Source: Gammaproteobacteria bacterium
GTDB taxonomy: Bacteria > Pseudomonadota > Gammaproteobacteria > Natronospirales > REEB76
Reading direction: 5' to 3'
Assembly: GCA_027315405.1 (NCBI GenBank)
Contig: DAHUYB010000077.1
Location: 24,286-88,285, forward strand
DNA: 64,000 nucleotides
Part shown: one piece after another, positions 42,130-49,512 of the stretch
Numbering within the stretch: the first letter of the stretch is position 1
Layout: each line of letters begins with the position of its first letter
Notes under the pieces: model-generated
What the model saw: the letters and a program-made list of their open reading frames with translations, nothing else
The model's database searches: none
Told to the model about the DNA's origin: nothing
Program-made: the position numbers and the translations under genes

Positions 42130-42240
42130 TTAGCGGGTAGTAAATGTGTTTCCAGGTTGTATTCCGAAGCTGCCTGCCACACCGGCCTTGAGTTCCAGAA
42201 CGTATTTTGCCGGGGCGGCGCTGGCACAGGTGGCTACTCT
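42130..42240 (-). pseudogene. orphan 3'-terminal remnant of a DUF192 gene
   Basis: The minus-strand translation ...CASAAPAKYVLELKAGVAGSFGIQPGNTFTTR(stop) parallels the C-terminus of the intact DUF192 gene at 46740..47192 (...YSSAAPAKYVLELHPGVAEKLGIRPGVILTIEP). No N-terminal part is present. Confidence 0.65.
42190..42224. repeat. left copy of the 35-nt direct repeat flanking the microcin islet
   Basis: GAGTTCCAGAACGTATTTTGCCGGGGCGGCGCTGG. Identical at 34/35 positions to 46803..46837. Confidence 0.9.
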
Positions 42241-42261
42241 GGGATGAGCGCAGAGATATAC

Positions 42262-42292
42262 TTGACAAAATCGCGCGGGGGGGGGGTAGGGT
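42262..42292 (+). promoter_or_regulatory. sigma70-like promoter candidate with a G10 homopolymer in the spacer
   Basis: Perfect -35 TTGACA (42262..42267), a 19-nt spacer containing G10 (42277..42286), and a weak -10 TAGGGT (42287..42292). Confidence 0.3.
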
Positions 42293-42306
42293 TGTCGCCG
42301 ATGAGC

Positions 42307-42336
42307 AGGACATACATTTTTACTGCTCACCATAAT
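42307..42336 (+). promoter_or_regulatory. sigma70-like promoter candidate proximal to the microcin gene
   Basis: AGGACA (42307..42312), 18-nt spacer, CATAAT (42331..42336). Lies about 28 nt upstream of ATG 42364. Confidence 0.35.
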
Positions 42337-42363
42337 TGCAAAATTACTCGAAAGGAGACAAAC

Positions 42364-42564
42364 ATGCGAAACCTTACCGCGAACGAATTCTCATTTGTAA
42401 GTGGTGGAGCACCAGCAGGTGAGTCCGAATTGGACACTGTCGCACAAGGTCTGGCCATTGGCGCTTTGGCAAACGCACTTGTTGGAGATGAACCAGGAGC
42501 GTTAACCTTAGCCGCGGCGGCGGGCGGAATAAAAATTGGCGAGTATATTTACTCGCTCTTTTAA
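42364..42564 (+). CDS. double-glycine-leader bacteriocin (class II microcin-like) precursor, 66 aa
   Basis: SD AAGGAG lies 8 nt upstream. The product is MRNLTANEFSFVSGG / APAGESELDTVAQGLAIGALANALVGDEPGALTLAAAAGGIKIGEYIYSLF. The leader is nearly superimposable on the colicin V leader MRTLTLNELDSVSGG. It is encoded next to a C39-ABC exporter. It is nested in the 135-aa track ORF 42157..42564. Confidence 0.75.
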   Translation: MRNLTANEFSFVSGGAPAGESELDTVAQGLAIGALANALVGDEPGALTLAAAAGGIKIGEYIYSLF

Positions 42565-42581
42565 AAACGAGATGATCTTTT

Positions 42582-42615
42582 GGTCCTTGTCAATTTGACA
42601 GGGACCTTTCGTTTT
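42582..42615 (+). terminator. intrinsic terminator/attenuator after the microcin gene
   Basis: 10-bp stem (GGTCCTTGTC 42582..42591 pairs with GACAGGGACC 42597..42606, one G-U pair), 5-nt loop, then UUUCGUUUU. Confidence 0.6.
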
Positions 42616-42651
42616 CACGTGAATTTCGATCTAAAAATTTCTGTACCAGCT

Positions 42652-43188
42652 ATGGTAAAAATCCACAAAATACGGCCTCTTGCAATCACCATTTGGCTAA
42701 TTGGGGTTGTAACACTCGGTTTAGGTCTTTATGTTTGGGGTATTAAATCAAATCCACTATTTTTCATGGAGATGTTGATATTTGGCTTAATTTGTATATG
42801 GATGACATTGTACAGCTACCTATGGGGGCATCAGAGAGGTCACCCGACACGATTTATTGCCATCGTGGTGTTTTCAAGTTTTTGTGTCTGCTTTTATCTG
42901 CGCTCGATCGGCATACTTGGCGGTCACTTATATTTTGTTATCCCGCTGTTATTTGTTGTGATTCTTATCTTGGTGCAATCTAAAACGAAACGACAATTTG
43001 CAGAAGACTATAAATCAGGCATTAAGCGAAATCATTTTAATGATACTAAAGAACGATTCGAGGTAACCAAAAAGACTACAGCCAGTTATCCCCACTATTT
43101 GCAAATAATTTTGCCCAAGCGATATTTGGACAACTATGATTCATTAAAAGCTTGGCTTAGATCGATTAAGGAACATATGCAAAAATAG
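42652..43188 (+). CDS. putative immunity protein (4-TM membrane protein, no recognised family)
   Basis: 179 aa from ATG 42652. Four hydrophobic helices then a Lys-rich cytoplasmic tail. AT-rich codon usage unlike the rest of the window. Sits in the immunity-gene position between the precursor and exporter genes. There is no clear SD. Confidence 0.5.
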   Translation: MVKIHKIRPLAITIWLIGVVTLGLGLYVWGIKSNPLFFMEMLIFGLICIWMTLYSYLWGHQRGHPTRFIAIVVFSSFCVCFYLRSIGILGGHLYFVIPLLFVVILILVQSKTKRQFAEDYKSGIKRNHFNDTKERFEVTKKTTASYPHYLQIILPKRYLDNYDSLKAWLRSIKEHMQK

Positions 43189-43354
43189 ATATAAAGCAGG
43201 AATTCCTATCATGGGAGACTGTAAATTGAACTGTGTAGCTGCTTCATGAGAGCTTACCACTGGCAGTCATGAGGAGTGAAGCGGATGATCCTCAAGTCGG
43301 AGACCTTGGACGAAGTGCTGAAAGATAGGCGTGCACCGCCCTGCGGGTATTTCC

Positions 43355-44598
43355 ATGCCTTCACTGTTCAGACCTGAAGTTTTCAAGCACAAAACAACCT
43401 TACGCTTCGGCGCCGTTATGGTGCCAACCCCTCTTCCTCTATGGTTTATGAGCACCTTTACGCTGATCTTGCTCGCCTCAATTGCCGCTTACTTCTGGGG
43501 GGGCATTACACGCGCAAGGTAACGGTGGAAGGCTATCTGCTACCTACGAAGGGACTGGTGCGCTTGTATGCGCCCGAGCTAGGCATTGTGAGCGAACGCA
43601 AGGTCGCGCAGGGTGGGCGCGTCCACAAAGATGACACGCTTCTGGTCATCGCGATTCCGCGCAGCTCAACTAGTGCGGCGAACGTAAATCAGGCGCTGGC
43701 GCAGGCCGTCGAGCAGACTGAGGCGGCGATCCACGCGCAGATGACCGAGGCCGTTGAGCTTGAGCAAAGCCAGGAAGCGTCGTTCCAGGCCAACCTCGTC
43801 AATTTGCGCACGAATTTGAGTGAAGAGCGTGCCCAGCTCAACACGCAGAAGAAATTGCTGGCGATCCTTGCGACGCGACAGAAGAAGTACGCCACATTTG
43901 AAGGCTCGGGATTGATCTCGGAATTGGACATCAGGAATGCGGAACAAGCGTGGCTGGAGCAGGTCGCGAAAGTCCAAGCACTGGAGCAATCCATTACACA
44001 GGCCACGGGTCAAATTCAGAGCACTCAGTTCCAGTTGGCGCAAGCCAATATCAACCTGCAAAACCAACTTGCCCAGTATCAACAATCGTTGAGCACGGCC
44101 GAACAGCAACTCACTCAATATCAGGCTGGGGACAACTTCGTACTCAAGGCGCCGGTGGACGGTACGGTGTCCGCCATGCTAGTGCAGCCGGGGCAGACGG
44201 TGTCTCCGCAAACCCCGCTGGTCATCTTGATGCCCACGGGGTCACAACTCGAAGCGCGTTTGTTGATCCCCGCGGGCGCCATGGGTTTCGTAAAAGTTGG
44301 CCAGAAAGTCAGGCTGCGTTACGACGCGTTTCCCTACCAGAACTTTGGCACTTATCAGGGACGCGTCACGCAGGTTTCCAATGCCGTTTTCACACCATCT
44401 GAACTACCGGGGCCGCTCGCCATCAACGCAGCCGTGTATCCCGTAGAAGTGGCGCTCGATTCACAGGATGTCATGGCCTACGGGCATCCGGTGGCGCTCC
44501 AGCCGGGCCTGTCACTGAGCGCGGATGTGCTCTTGGCTCGCGAACGCATTATTCAATGGCTATTTGAGCCACTTTACAGTTTGAAGGGCAAACTCTAG
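43355..44598 (+). pseudogene. cvaA: CvaA/HlyD-family membrane fusion protein, reading frame split at a G7 tract
   Basis: The N-terminal part (43355..43522, MPSLFRPEVFKHKTTLRFG...TM helix...AAYFWGG) and the main part (track ORF 43441..44598, ...GGHYTRKVTVEGYLLP...) are in different frames. One extra G in the run 43497..43503 joins them into a ~414-aa CvaA-like protein. Confidence 0.85.
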
Positions 44599-44619
44599 AA
44601 GTTCCCGGAGGACGTAGGA

Positions 44620-46731
44620 GTGACGCTGCGGTTCTCGCGCCGGCAGTTAACGGTAATGCTGCAAACCGAAGCCGCGGAATGCGGCCTTGCCTGCTTGGCC
44701 ATGGTTTTCAGTTTTCATGGCCACCGCATGGATGTGGGTGAGCTGCGGCGCCGATACAGTTTTTCTCTCAAGGGCGCGACACTCGCGCATCTCATTACCA
44801 TTGCCAACGGCTTGGGGTTCATCACGCGCCCCTTGCGGCTGGAACTTGAGGATTTACCAAAGCTTACCTGCCCCGCGATTCTGCACTGGGACTTGAATCA
44901 TTTCGTGGTGCTGAAGGCCGCACGCGGGCGCCACGTGGTGATTCACGATCCGGCTCGCGGGAGCCGCAGCCTCAATCTTGACGAGGTTTCCAAGCATTTT
45001 ACAGGCGTGGCGCTGGAGCTTGCTCCCGGCCACGGTTTTCAAACTAAAGCCGCTCCCGAAATACCAGCCATCTGGTCACTCCTTGGCGGTTGGCGGGGTA
45101 TGCTGGGCGCTCTTACCCAGATTCTGGTGTTTTCGCTGGCGCTGGAAGCCTTCGCGATTCTCAGCCCGTTCTTTACGCAGCTTGTCGTGGACCAGGTGCT
45201 GGTGAACCGCGACATGAACCTGTTGACGGTGCTCGGCATCGGTTTTGGTCTGCTGGCCATCATCAACGTGGTGGTCACGGCTTTGCGGGGTTGGATGGTG
45301 GCCTATCTCGGCAGTCACCTGCAATTTCACTCCGCGGCCGCGCTCATGCGGCATTTGGTGGGGTTGCCGTTGGACTTCTTCGCCAAAAGGCATATCGGCG
45401 ACGTGGTCTCGCGCTTTAATTCCATGAGCACCATTCAGCAGACCATGACTTCTGGGCTCATCGAGGCGCTGGTGGACGGCGTCATGGTGATATTCACCGT
45501 TGCCGTCATGTTGTTCTATAGCGTGCCGCTCACGCTGTTGATAGTCGCATTGATCGTGGGCTACGCAATCATCCGGTTTCTCGCCTACCGTCCGCTGCAC
45601 ACTGCCACCGAAGAGCAGATCATCCAGCTCGCCAAGCAGCAGTCCAATTTCCTGGAAACCGTGCGCGGCATGCAGAGTGTGAAAGTAGCCGGTTCCGAAG
45701 GAGAACGCCACACTCAGTATCAGAACCGGCTGGCGGACAACGTGAATGCTTCATTTATCGTCAGCAAGCTCGGTATCTGGTTCAAGGCCACAAACGGACT
45801 GTTGTTCGGTCTTGGGACCATCGCGGTGATCTGGTGGGGCGCAAGCGAAGTCATGGCCGGTATGTTGTCCATCGGCATGTTGATCGCATTCATTTCCTAC
45901 GCCAGCCAGAGCACCGGCAAGGCCGGGGCACTGATAGACAAAGCCATTGCCTTCCGCATGCTGCGGCTGCATGCGGAGCGGGTGGGCGATATTGTGTTTG
46001 CCGAGCCGGAGGCAGTTTCGTCTTTACCGCGGCTGGGACAGGTGCCCATCCGCGGCAGGATCGAAGTGGAGAATTTGTGCTACCGCTACGGTGATCTGGA
46101 AGCGCCGGTTCTGAGAAACGTGAGCTTTTACATCGAGCCAGGCGAGTCGGTAGGCATCGTTGGTCCGTCGGGCTGCGGCAAAACCACGTTGGTCAAGCTC
46201 CTGCTTGGCCTCATGCGGCCTACGGAAGGGACGATTAAGGTGGATGGTCTCGATATCCAGACCCTGGGCCTTTCTGAGTACCGTCGGCACGTGGGCGCGG
46301 TGATGCAAGAGGATCAGCTCTTTGCCGGTACTTTGTCGGACAATATCGCGTTTTTCGATCCGCAGGCGGATCAGTCATGGATTGAAACCTGTGCGAAACT
46401 CGCGGCTATCCACGGCGATATTCTGACCATGCCCATGGCCTACAACACGTTGATTGGCGACATGGGCACGGTTCTCTCCGGCGGCCAGAAGCAGAGAGTA
46501 CTGCTGGCGCGGGCACTTTATCGCCGACCGCGAATATTGCTGCTGGACGAGGCTACCAGCCACCTGGATGTACCCACGGAAAAACTGGTGAGCGACGCCG
46601 TGCGGCGACTGAAAATTACCCGCATTATTGTTGCTCATCGCTCCGAGACCATACGCTTAGTTGATCGGGTGCTTGGAATAATGCCGAATAAACCAGGTGT
46701 TACCGAACTGCGCAGAGTGAAAAATGTTTGA
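44620..46731 (+). CDS. cvaB: bacteriocin/microcin ABC exporter with N-terminal C39 peptidase domain (CvaB-like)
   Basis: 703 aa. QTEAAECGLACLAMV (catalytic Cys), HWDLNHFVVL, six TM segments, Walker A GPSGCGKTT, LSGGQKQR, LLLDEATSHLD. Collinear with CvaB as I recall it. Confidence 0.93.
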   Translation: MTLRFSRRQLTVMLQTEAAECGLACLAMVFSFHGHRMDVGELRRRYSFSLKGATLAHLITIANGLGFITRPLRLELEDLPKLTCPAILHWDLNHFVVLKAARGRHVVIHDPARGSRSLNLDEVSKHFTGVALELAPGHGFQTKAAPEIPAIWSLLGGWRGMLGALTQILVFSLALEAFAILSPFFTQLVVDQVLVNRDMNLLTVLGIGFGLLAIINVVVTALRGWMVAYLGSHLQFHSAAALMRHLVGLPLDFFAKRHIGDVVSRFNSMSTIQQTMTSGLIEALVDGVMVIFTVAVMLFYSVPLTLLIVALIVGYAIIRFLAYRPLHTATEEQIIQLAKQQSNFLETVRGMQSVKVAGSEGERHTQYQNRLADNVNASFIVSKLGIWFKATNGLLFGLGTIAVIWWGASEVMAGMLSIGMLIAFISYASQSTGKAGALIDKAIAFRMLRLHAERVGDIVFAEPEAVSSLPRLGQVPIRGRIEVENLCYRYGDLEAPVLRNVSFYIEPGESVGIVGPSGCGKTTLVKLLLGLMRPTEGTIKVDGLDIQTLGLSEYRRHVGAVMQEDQLFAGTLSDNIAFFDPQADQSWIETCAKLAAIHGDILTMPMAYNTLIGDMGTVLSGGQKQRVLLARALYRRPRILLLDEATSHLDVPTEKLVSDAVRRLKITRIIVAHRSETIRLVDRVLGIMPNKPGVTELRRVKNV

Positions 46732-46739
46732 CTGCTGCG

Positions 46740-47192
46740 TCATGGTTCAATGGTCAAAATAACGCCGGGACGGATTCCAAGCTTTTCCGCTACGCCCGGA
46801 TGGAGTTCCAGCACGTATTTTGCCGGGGCGGCGCTGGAATAAGAAGGGCAGGGATTCATCTTGCAAGGTGGCGTATCCGCCGACACGTTGATGAGCCGGC
46901 GCTGTGCATCGAAGAACAGAATATCCAATGGAATGAGTGTATGCTTCATCCAGAAATAACGCAGCTGCGCGTTGGAGTAGACAAACAGCATGCCGTGGCC
47001 GGCTGCCAAGTGCGTACGGTACATCAGACCGCGTTCACGGGCGGCGTCGGTGGCCGCAATTTCCACGCTGAAACTGTGACCTGCGAGTACCACGTGGGAT
47101 CCCGTAGGGGGCGCCGCAAACACGGCCGAGGTGACAATGAACAAGGCAAACAGAAGATTTCGACTTAAAATAAGAGGACGGCGCATCAGCAT
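46740..47192 (-). CDS. DUF192 domain-containing secreted protein
   Basis: 150 aa. Signal peptide, ...GLMYRTHLAAGHGMLFVY...WMKHTLIPLDILFFD...AAPAKYVLEL pattern of DUF192/COG1430. Confidence 0.8.
   Translation of the reverse strand: MLMRRPLILSRNLLFALFIVTSAVFAAPPTGSHVVLAGHSFSVEIAATDAARERGLMYRTHLAAGHGMLFVYSNAQLRYFWMKHTLIPLDILFFDAQRRLINVSADTPPCKMNPCPSYSSAAPAKYVLELHPGVAEKLGIRPGVILTIEP
46803..46837. repeat. right copy of the 35-nt direct repeat flanking the microcin islet
   Basis: GAGTTCCAGCACGTATTTTGCCGGGGCGGCGCTGG, inside the 3' end of the intact DUF192 gene. Confidence 0.9.
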
Positions 47193-47206
47193 TTTCTCCC
47201 GATGAT

Positions 47207-48712
47207 TTAGTTGATTGGCATTCCCGGCGGCTGCTTGGTGAAGTCTTGCGGTGAAGGATTCTGGGTCAGGCGGTACACGCCCTCTCGTAGGATGCGGCGC
47301 ATGACGATATCCACGATGGTGGTCTGGTTGGGCTTGATGAAATTCCTGAGATTAACCGCCGTCGCCTTAAGGGTCGCCGGCTGATAGAGCACGAAGCCAT
47401 CCTGGGGGTAGGGCACCACGCGCAGGCCGAGGCCGTCGCAGGGCGGCAGCGCTGGCCGCAATTGCCGGCCTTTGTACATCACCGCCGGGCCGCCCAGCAT
47501 GCGGGTGTAATTGAGGTAGTAGGTGATGGTGCCGGGATCCAGGTGATTGCGCTGGCGGTCGATGAAAAATCCCGGCGGCAGGTGGTTGGGGCTATTGTCT
47601 TTGCCGGCGGTGAGAACGATATCGAAATCCTTGATGGCATTGCCTTGGTCGTCGCGCACCCGAAAAATGAGCATGCAGCAGGGATCCACGATTACCTGAT
47701 GATCGAAGGGACCAAGGCTGCCGCGGTCCTCCACTTGTTCTTGTTGTTGGACCTCCGCCGTTTGCGCGCGGAAGCTGTCGAAGAGTTCAGCGTAATCCTT
47801 GAGGGTGGTGACCCGCAGGCATTGTAGAATGCCCGTTACAGTGGCGTTGGGGGTGGCATCGGCGGGAATGCTGCGCATGATGCCCATGCGCAGGTCCGAA
47901 TGACAGACGCCGGGGATTACCGCCAACGGCACCGCCGCTGAAATTTCCGGTGCCCCGGCCTGCAGCAACGGGGCGCTGAAACCCAGCTTCGACTTTTTGT
48001 CCGCCGTTGGTGGTTGCTGTTTCAGGCGCACATAGGTGTAATTCAAGTTGGCAGCCGCCACCCGGACCACGCCATCGGAGCCGTTTTCCGCGGTGTAGCT
48101 GTTCACAAAATCGTAAAGTTGAGGATCGTGGGATTCGCCGCTGAGCACGAAGGGAAACAAGCCCTGCGAGCCGATATAGTCCGCGCCCTGTTGCAGCCAT
48201 TCGAGATTGAGTTTGAGACTCTGGGGACTGCCCAGTTCCAGCCATTCCAGTACGCCGGTACCCACGTCCACGCCCTCGAACCAGGCCTTGAGGCGCGAGA
48301 GCTTGGACAGCCCCAGTTGTACCAAAGCCGAACCGAAGTTCGCGGGCGCCAGCATGATGAGATGGCTCAGGGGCGAATGCTTGCGGCCAGCGTTGATATA
48401 GAAATGCTGCAGCCAGGCACGGATCACCGGGCAGCCGGTGGAATGGGCGATGCAGGCGATACGTTGCCCATTTTTGATGGCCTCGCCCAGCTCCCGTTCC
48501 AAGGCCGTCTGGAAGGCGCGGGCAATATCCGGAATGGTGACTTCGTTGTGGAAACTGATGTATTCCGACAGCCAGAGATTGCGTACCTCGATGTCCAAAT
48601 CGGGCGAACGCTTGGCTTCCAGTTTGAGGCGCTGCGGCAGACCGCCGTAAGTATCGGTATTGCGCACGCTCCAGCCGTGTACCAGCACCACCAGGCGCTT
48701 TTGCTTAGCCAT
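47207..48712 (-). CDS. alpha/beta-hydrolase lipase, PlaB-like phospholipase A candidate
   Basis: 501 aa. VVLVHGWSV, the uncommon nucleophile motif AHSTG (PlaB has THSTG), LIMLAPANFGSAL, GSDGVVRVAAANLNY. A ~250-aa C-terminal domain of unknown fold follows. Confidence 0.6.
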   Translation of the reverse strand: MAKQKRLVVLVHGWSVRNTDTYGGLPQRLKLEAKRSPDLDIEVRNLWLSEYISFHNEVTIPDIARAFQTALERELGEAIKNGQRIACIAHSTGCPVIRAWLQHFYINAGRKHSPLSHLIMLAPANFGSALVQLGLSKLSRLKAWFEGVDVGTGVLEWLELGSPQSLKLNLEWLQQGADYIGSQGLFPFVLSGESHDPQLYDFVNSYTAENGSDGVVRVAAANLNYTYVRLKQQPPTADKKSKLGFSAPLLQAGAPEISAAVPLAVIPGVCHSDLRMGIMRSIPADATPNATVTGILQCLRVTTLKDYAELFDSFRAQTAEVQQQEQVEDRGSLGPFDHQVIVDPCCMLIFRVRDDQGNAIKDFDIVLTAGKDNSPNHLPPGFFIDRQRNHLDPGTITYYLNYTRMLGGPAVMYKGRQLRPALPPCDGLGLRVVPYPQDGFVLYQPATLKATAVNLRNFIKPNQTTIVDIVMRRILREGVYRLTQNPSPQDFTKQPPGMPIN

Positions 48713-48857
48713 TCAAGCTCCTTGTATTATTGCGGTCCTGCCATTGAAAACGGCTGCTGTCATCCATAATCCATATTAGTCCAGACGCCGGCAGCGTGCC
48801 CTGCGGGTGTATCATGAAGCATCGTTAATGTGTAGATATCTTCAGAGGATTAGCGCT

Positions 48858-49463
48858 ATGTCCGAATTGCATACCATGAAGAAAGTCGTGGGGTTCGCCG
48901 CCGTGCTGGGCATGGTGCTGACACTGGCCGGCTGCGGTATCAACAACATTCCCACCTACAAGCAGCGGGTAACCGCCGCCTGGAGCCAGGTGTTGAACGA
49001 ATACCAGCGGCGTACCGACCTGATCCCCAACCTGGTGGCCACGGTTAAAGGCTATGCCACTCACGAGGCGGATGTACTGGAGGCCGTAACCAATGCCCGC
49101 GCCAAGGTCACCCAGACCCAGATACCCAACGATATCCTTACCAACCCTAAGGCGTTCCACCAGTTCGAACAGAACCAGGCGACCCTGGGCGGTGCGCTCT
49201 CGCGCCTTATGATGGTGACGGAGAATTATCCGAACCTGAAAGCCAATCAGAATTTCCTGGCGCTGCAATCGCAGCTGGAAGGCACCGAGAACCGTATCGC
49301 CGTGGCGCGCCGCGACTACATCCTGGCAGTGCAGCAGTACGATACGGAACTCACCACCATCCCGGGACGTTGGTATCACGCCATGTTCTACTCGAGTTAC
49401 CCGATGATCCAGAATTTCACGATCTCGGAACAGGCGCAGCAGGCGCCCAAGGTCAGTTTCTAA
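48858..49463 (+). CDS. lemA: LemA family lipoprotein
   Basis: Lipobox LTLAGCG. The pattern WSQVLNEYQRRTDLIPNLVATVKGYATHE...NYPNLKANQNFLALQSQLEGTENRIAVARRDY is the LemA signature. Confidence 0.88.
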   Translation: MSELHTMKKVVGFAAVLGMVLTLAGCGINNIPTYKQRVTAAWSQVLNEYQRRTDLIPNLVATVKGYATHEADVLEAVTNARAKVTQTQIPNDILTNPKAFHQFEQNQATLGGALSRLMMVTENYPNLKANQNFLALQSQLEGTENRIAVARRDYILAVQQYDTELTTIPGRWYHAMFYSSYPMIQNFTISEQAQQAPKVSF

Positions 49464-49472
49464 TTCCCTGTT

Positions 49473-49512
49473 CCTTCTCCCCCTGCGAGGGGGAGAAGGA
49501 AGGATGAGGGGG
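49473..49512 (+). repeat. intercistronic GC-rich hairpin repeat, copy 1
   Basis: Perfect 11-bp stem CCTTCTCCCCC / GGGGGAGAAGG (49473..49499), followed by AAGGATGAGGGGG. Confidence 0.7.

Larger units (their letters stand above)
42225..46802. mobile_element. integrase-less genomic islet carrying a colicin V-type microcin locus
   Basis: Bounded by the 35-nt direct repeats inside DUF192 3'-end sequences. The left ~1 kb is visibly AT-rich compared with its surroundings. No recombinase gene is present. Confidence 0.5.

Noticed and set aside
42221-42235. TGGCAC motif at the islet boundary
   Set aside because: There is no GC dinucleotide at the -12 register, so this is not a sigma54 promoter.
42157-42564. 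135-aa version of the microcin ORF given in the track
   Set aside because: The first 69 codons run through the DUF192 remnant, the repeat and the G10 tract, with no RBS. The internal ATG at 42364 has AAGGAG 8 nt upstream and begins exactly at the double-glycine leader. I therefore call the 66-aa product.
43285-43377. 30-codon ORF (MILKSETLDEVLKDRRAPPCGYFHAFTVQT) with a good GAGGAG SD, overlapping the cvaA start
   Set aside because: It has no double-glycine motif and no family I recognise, and its length is within chance expectation. It might be a coupling or leader ORF, but I cannot support it.
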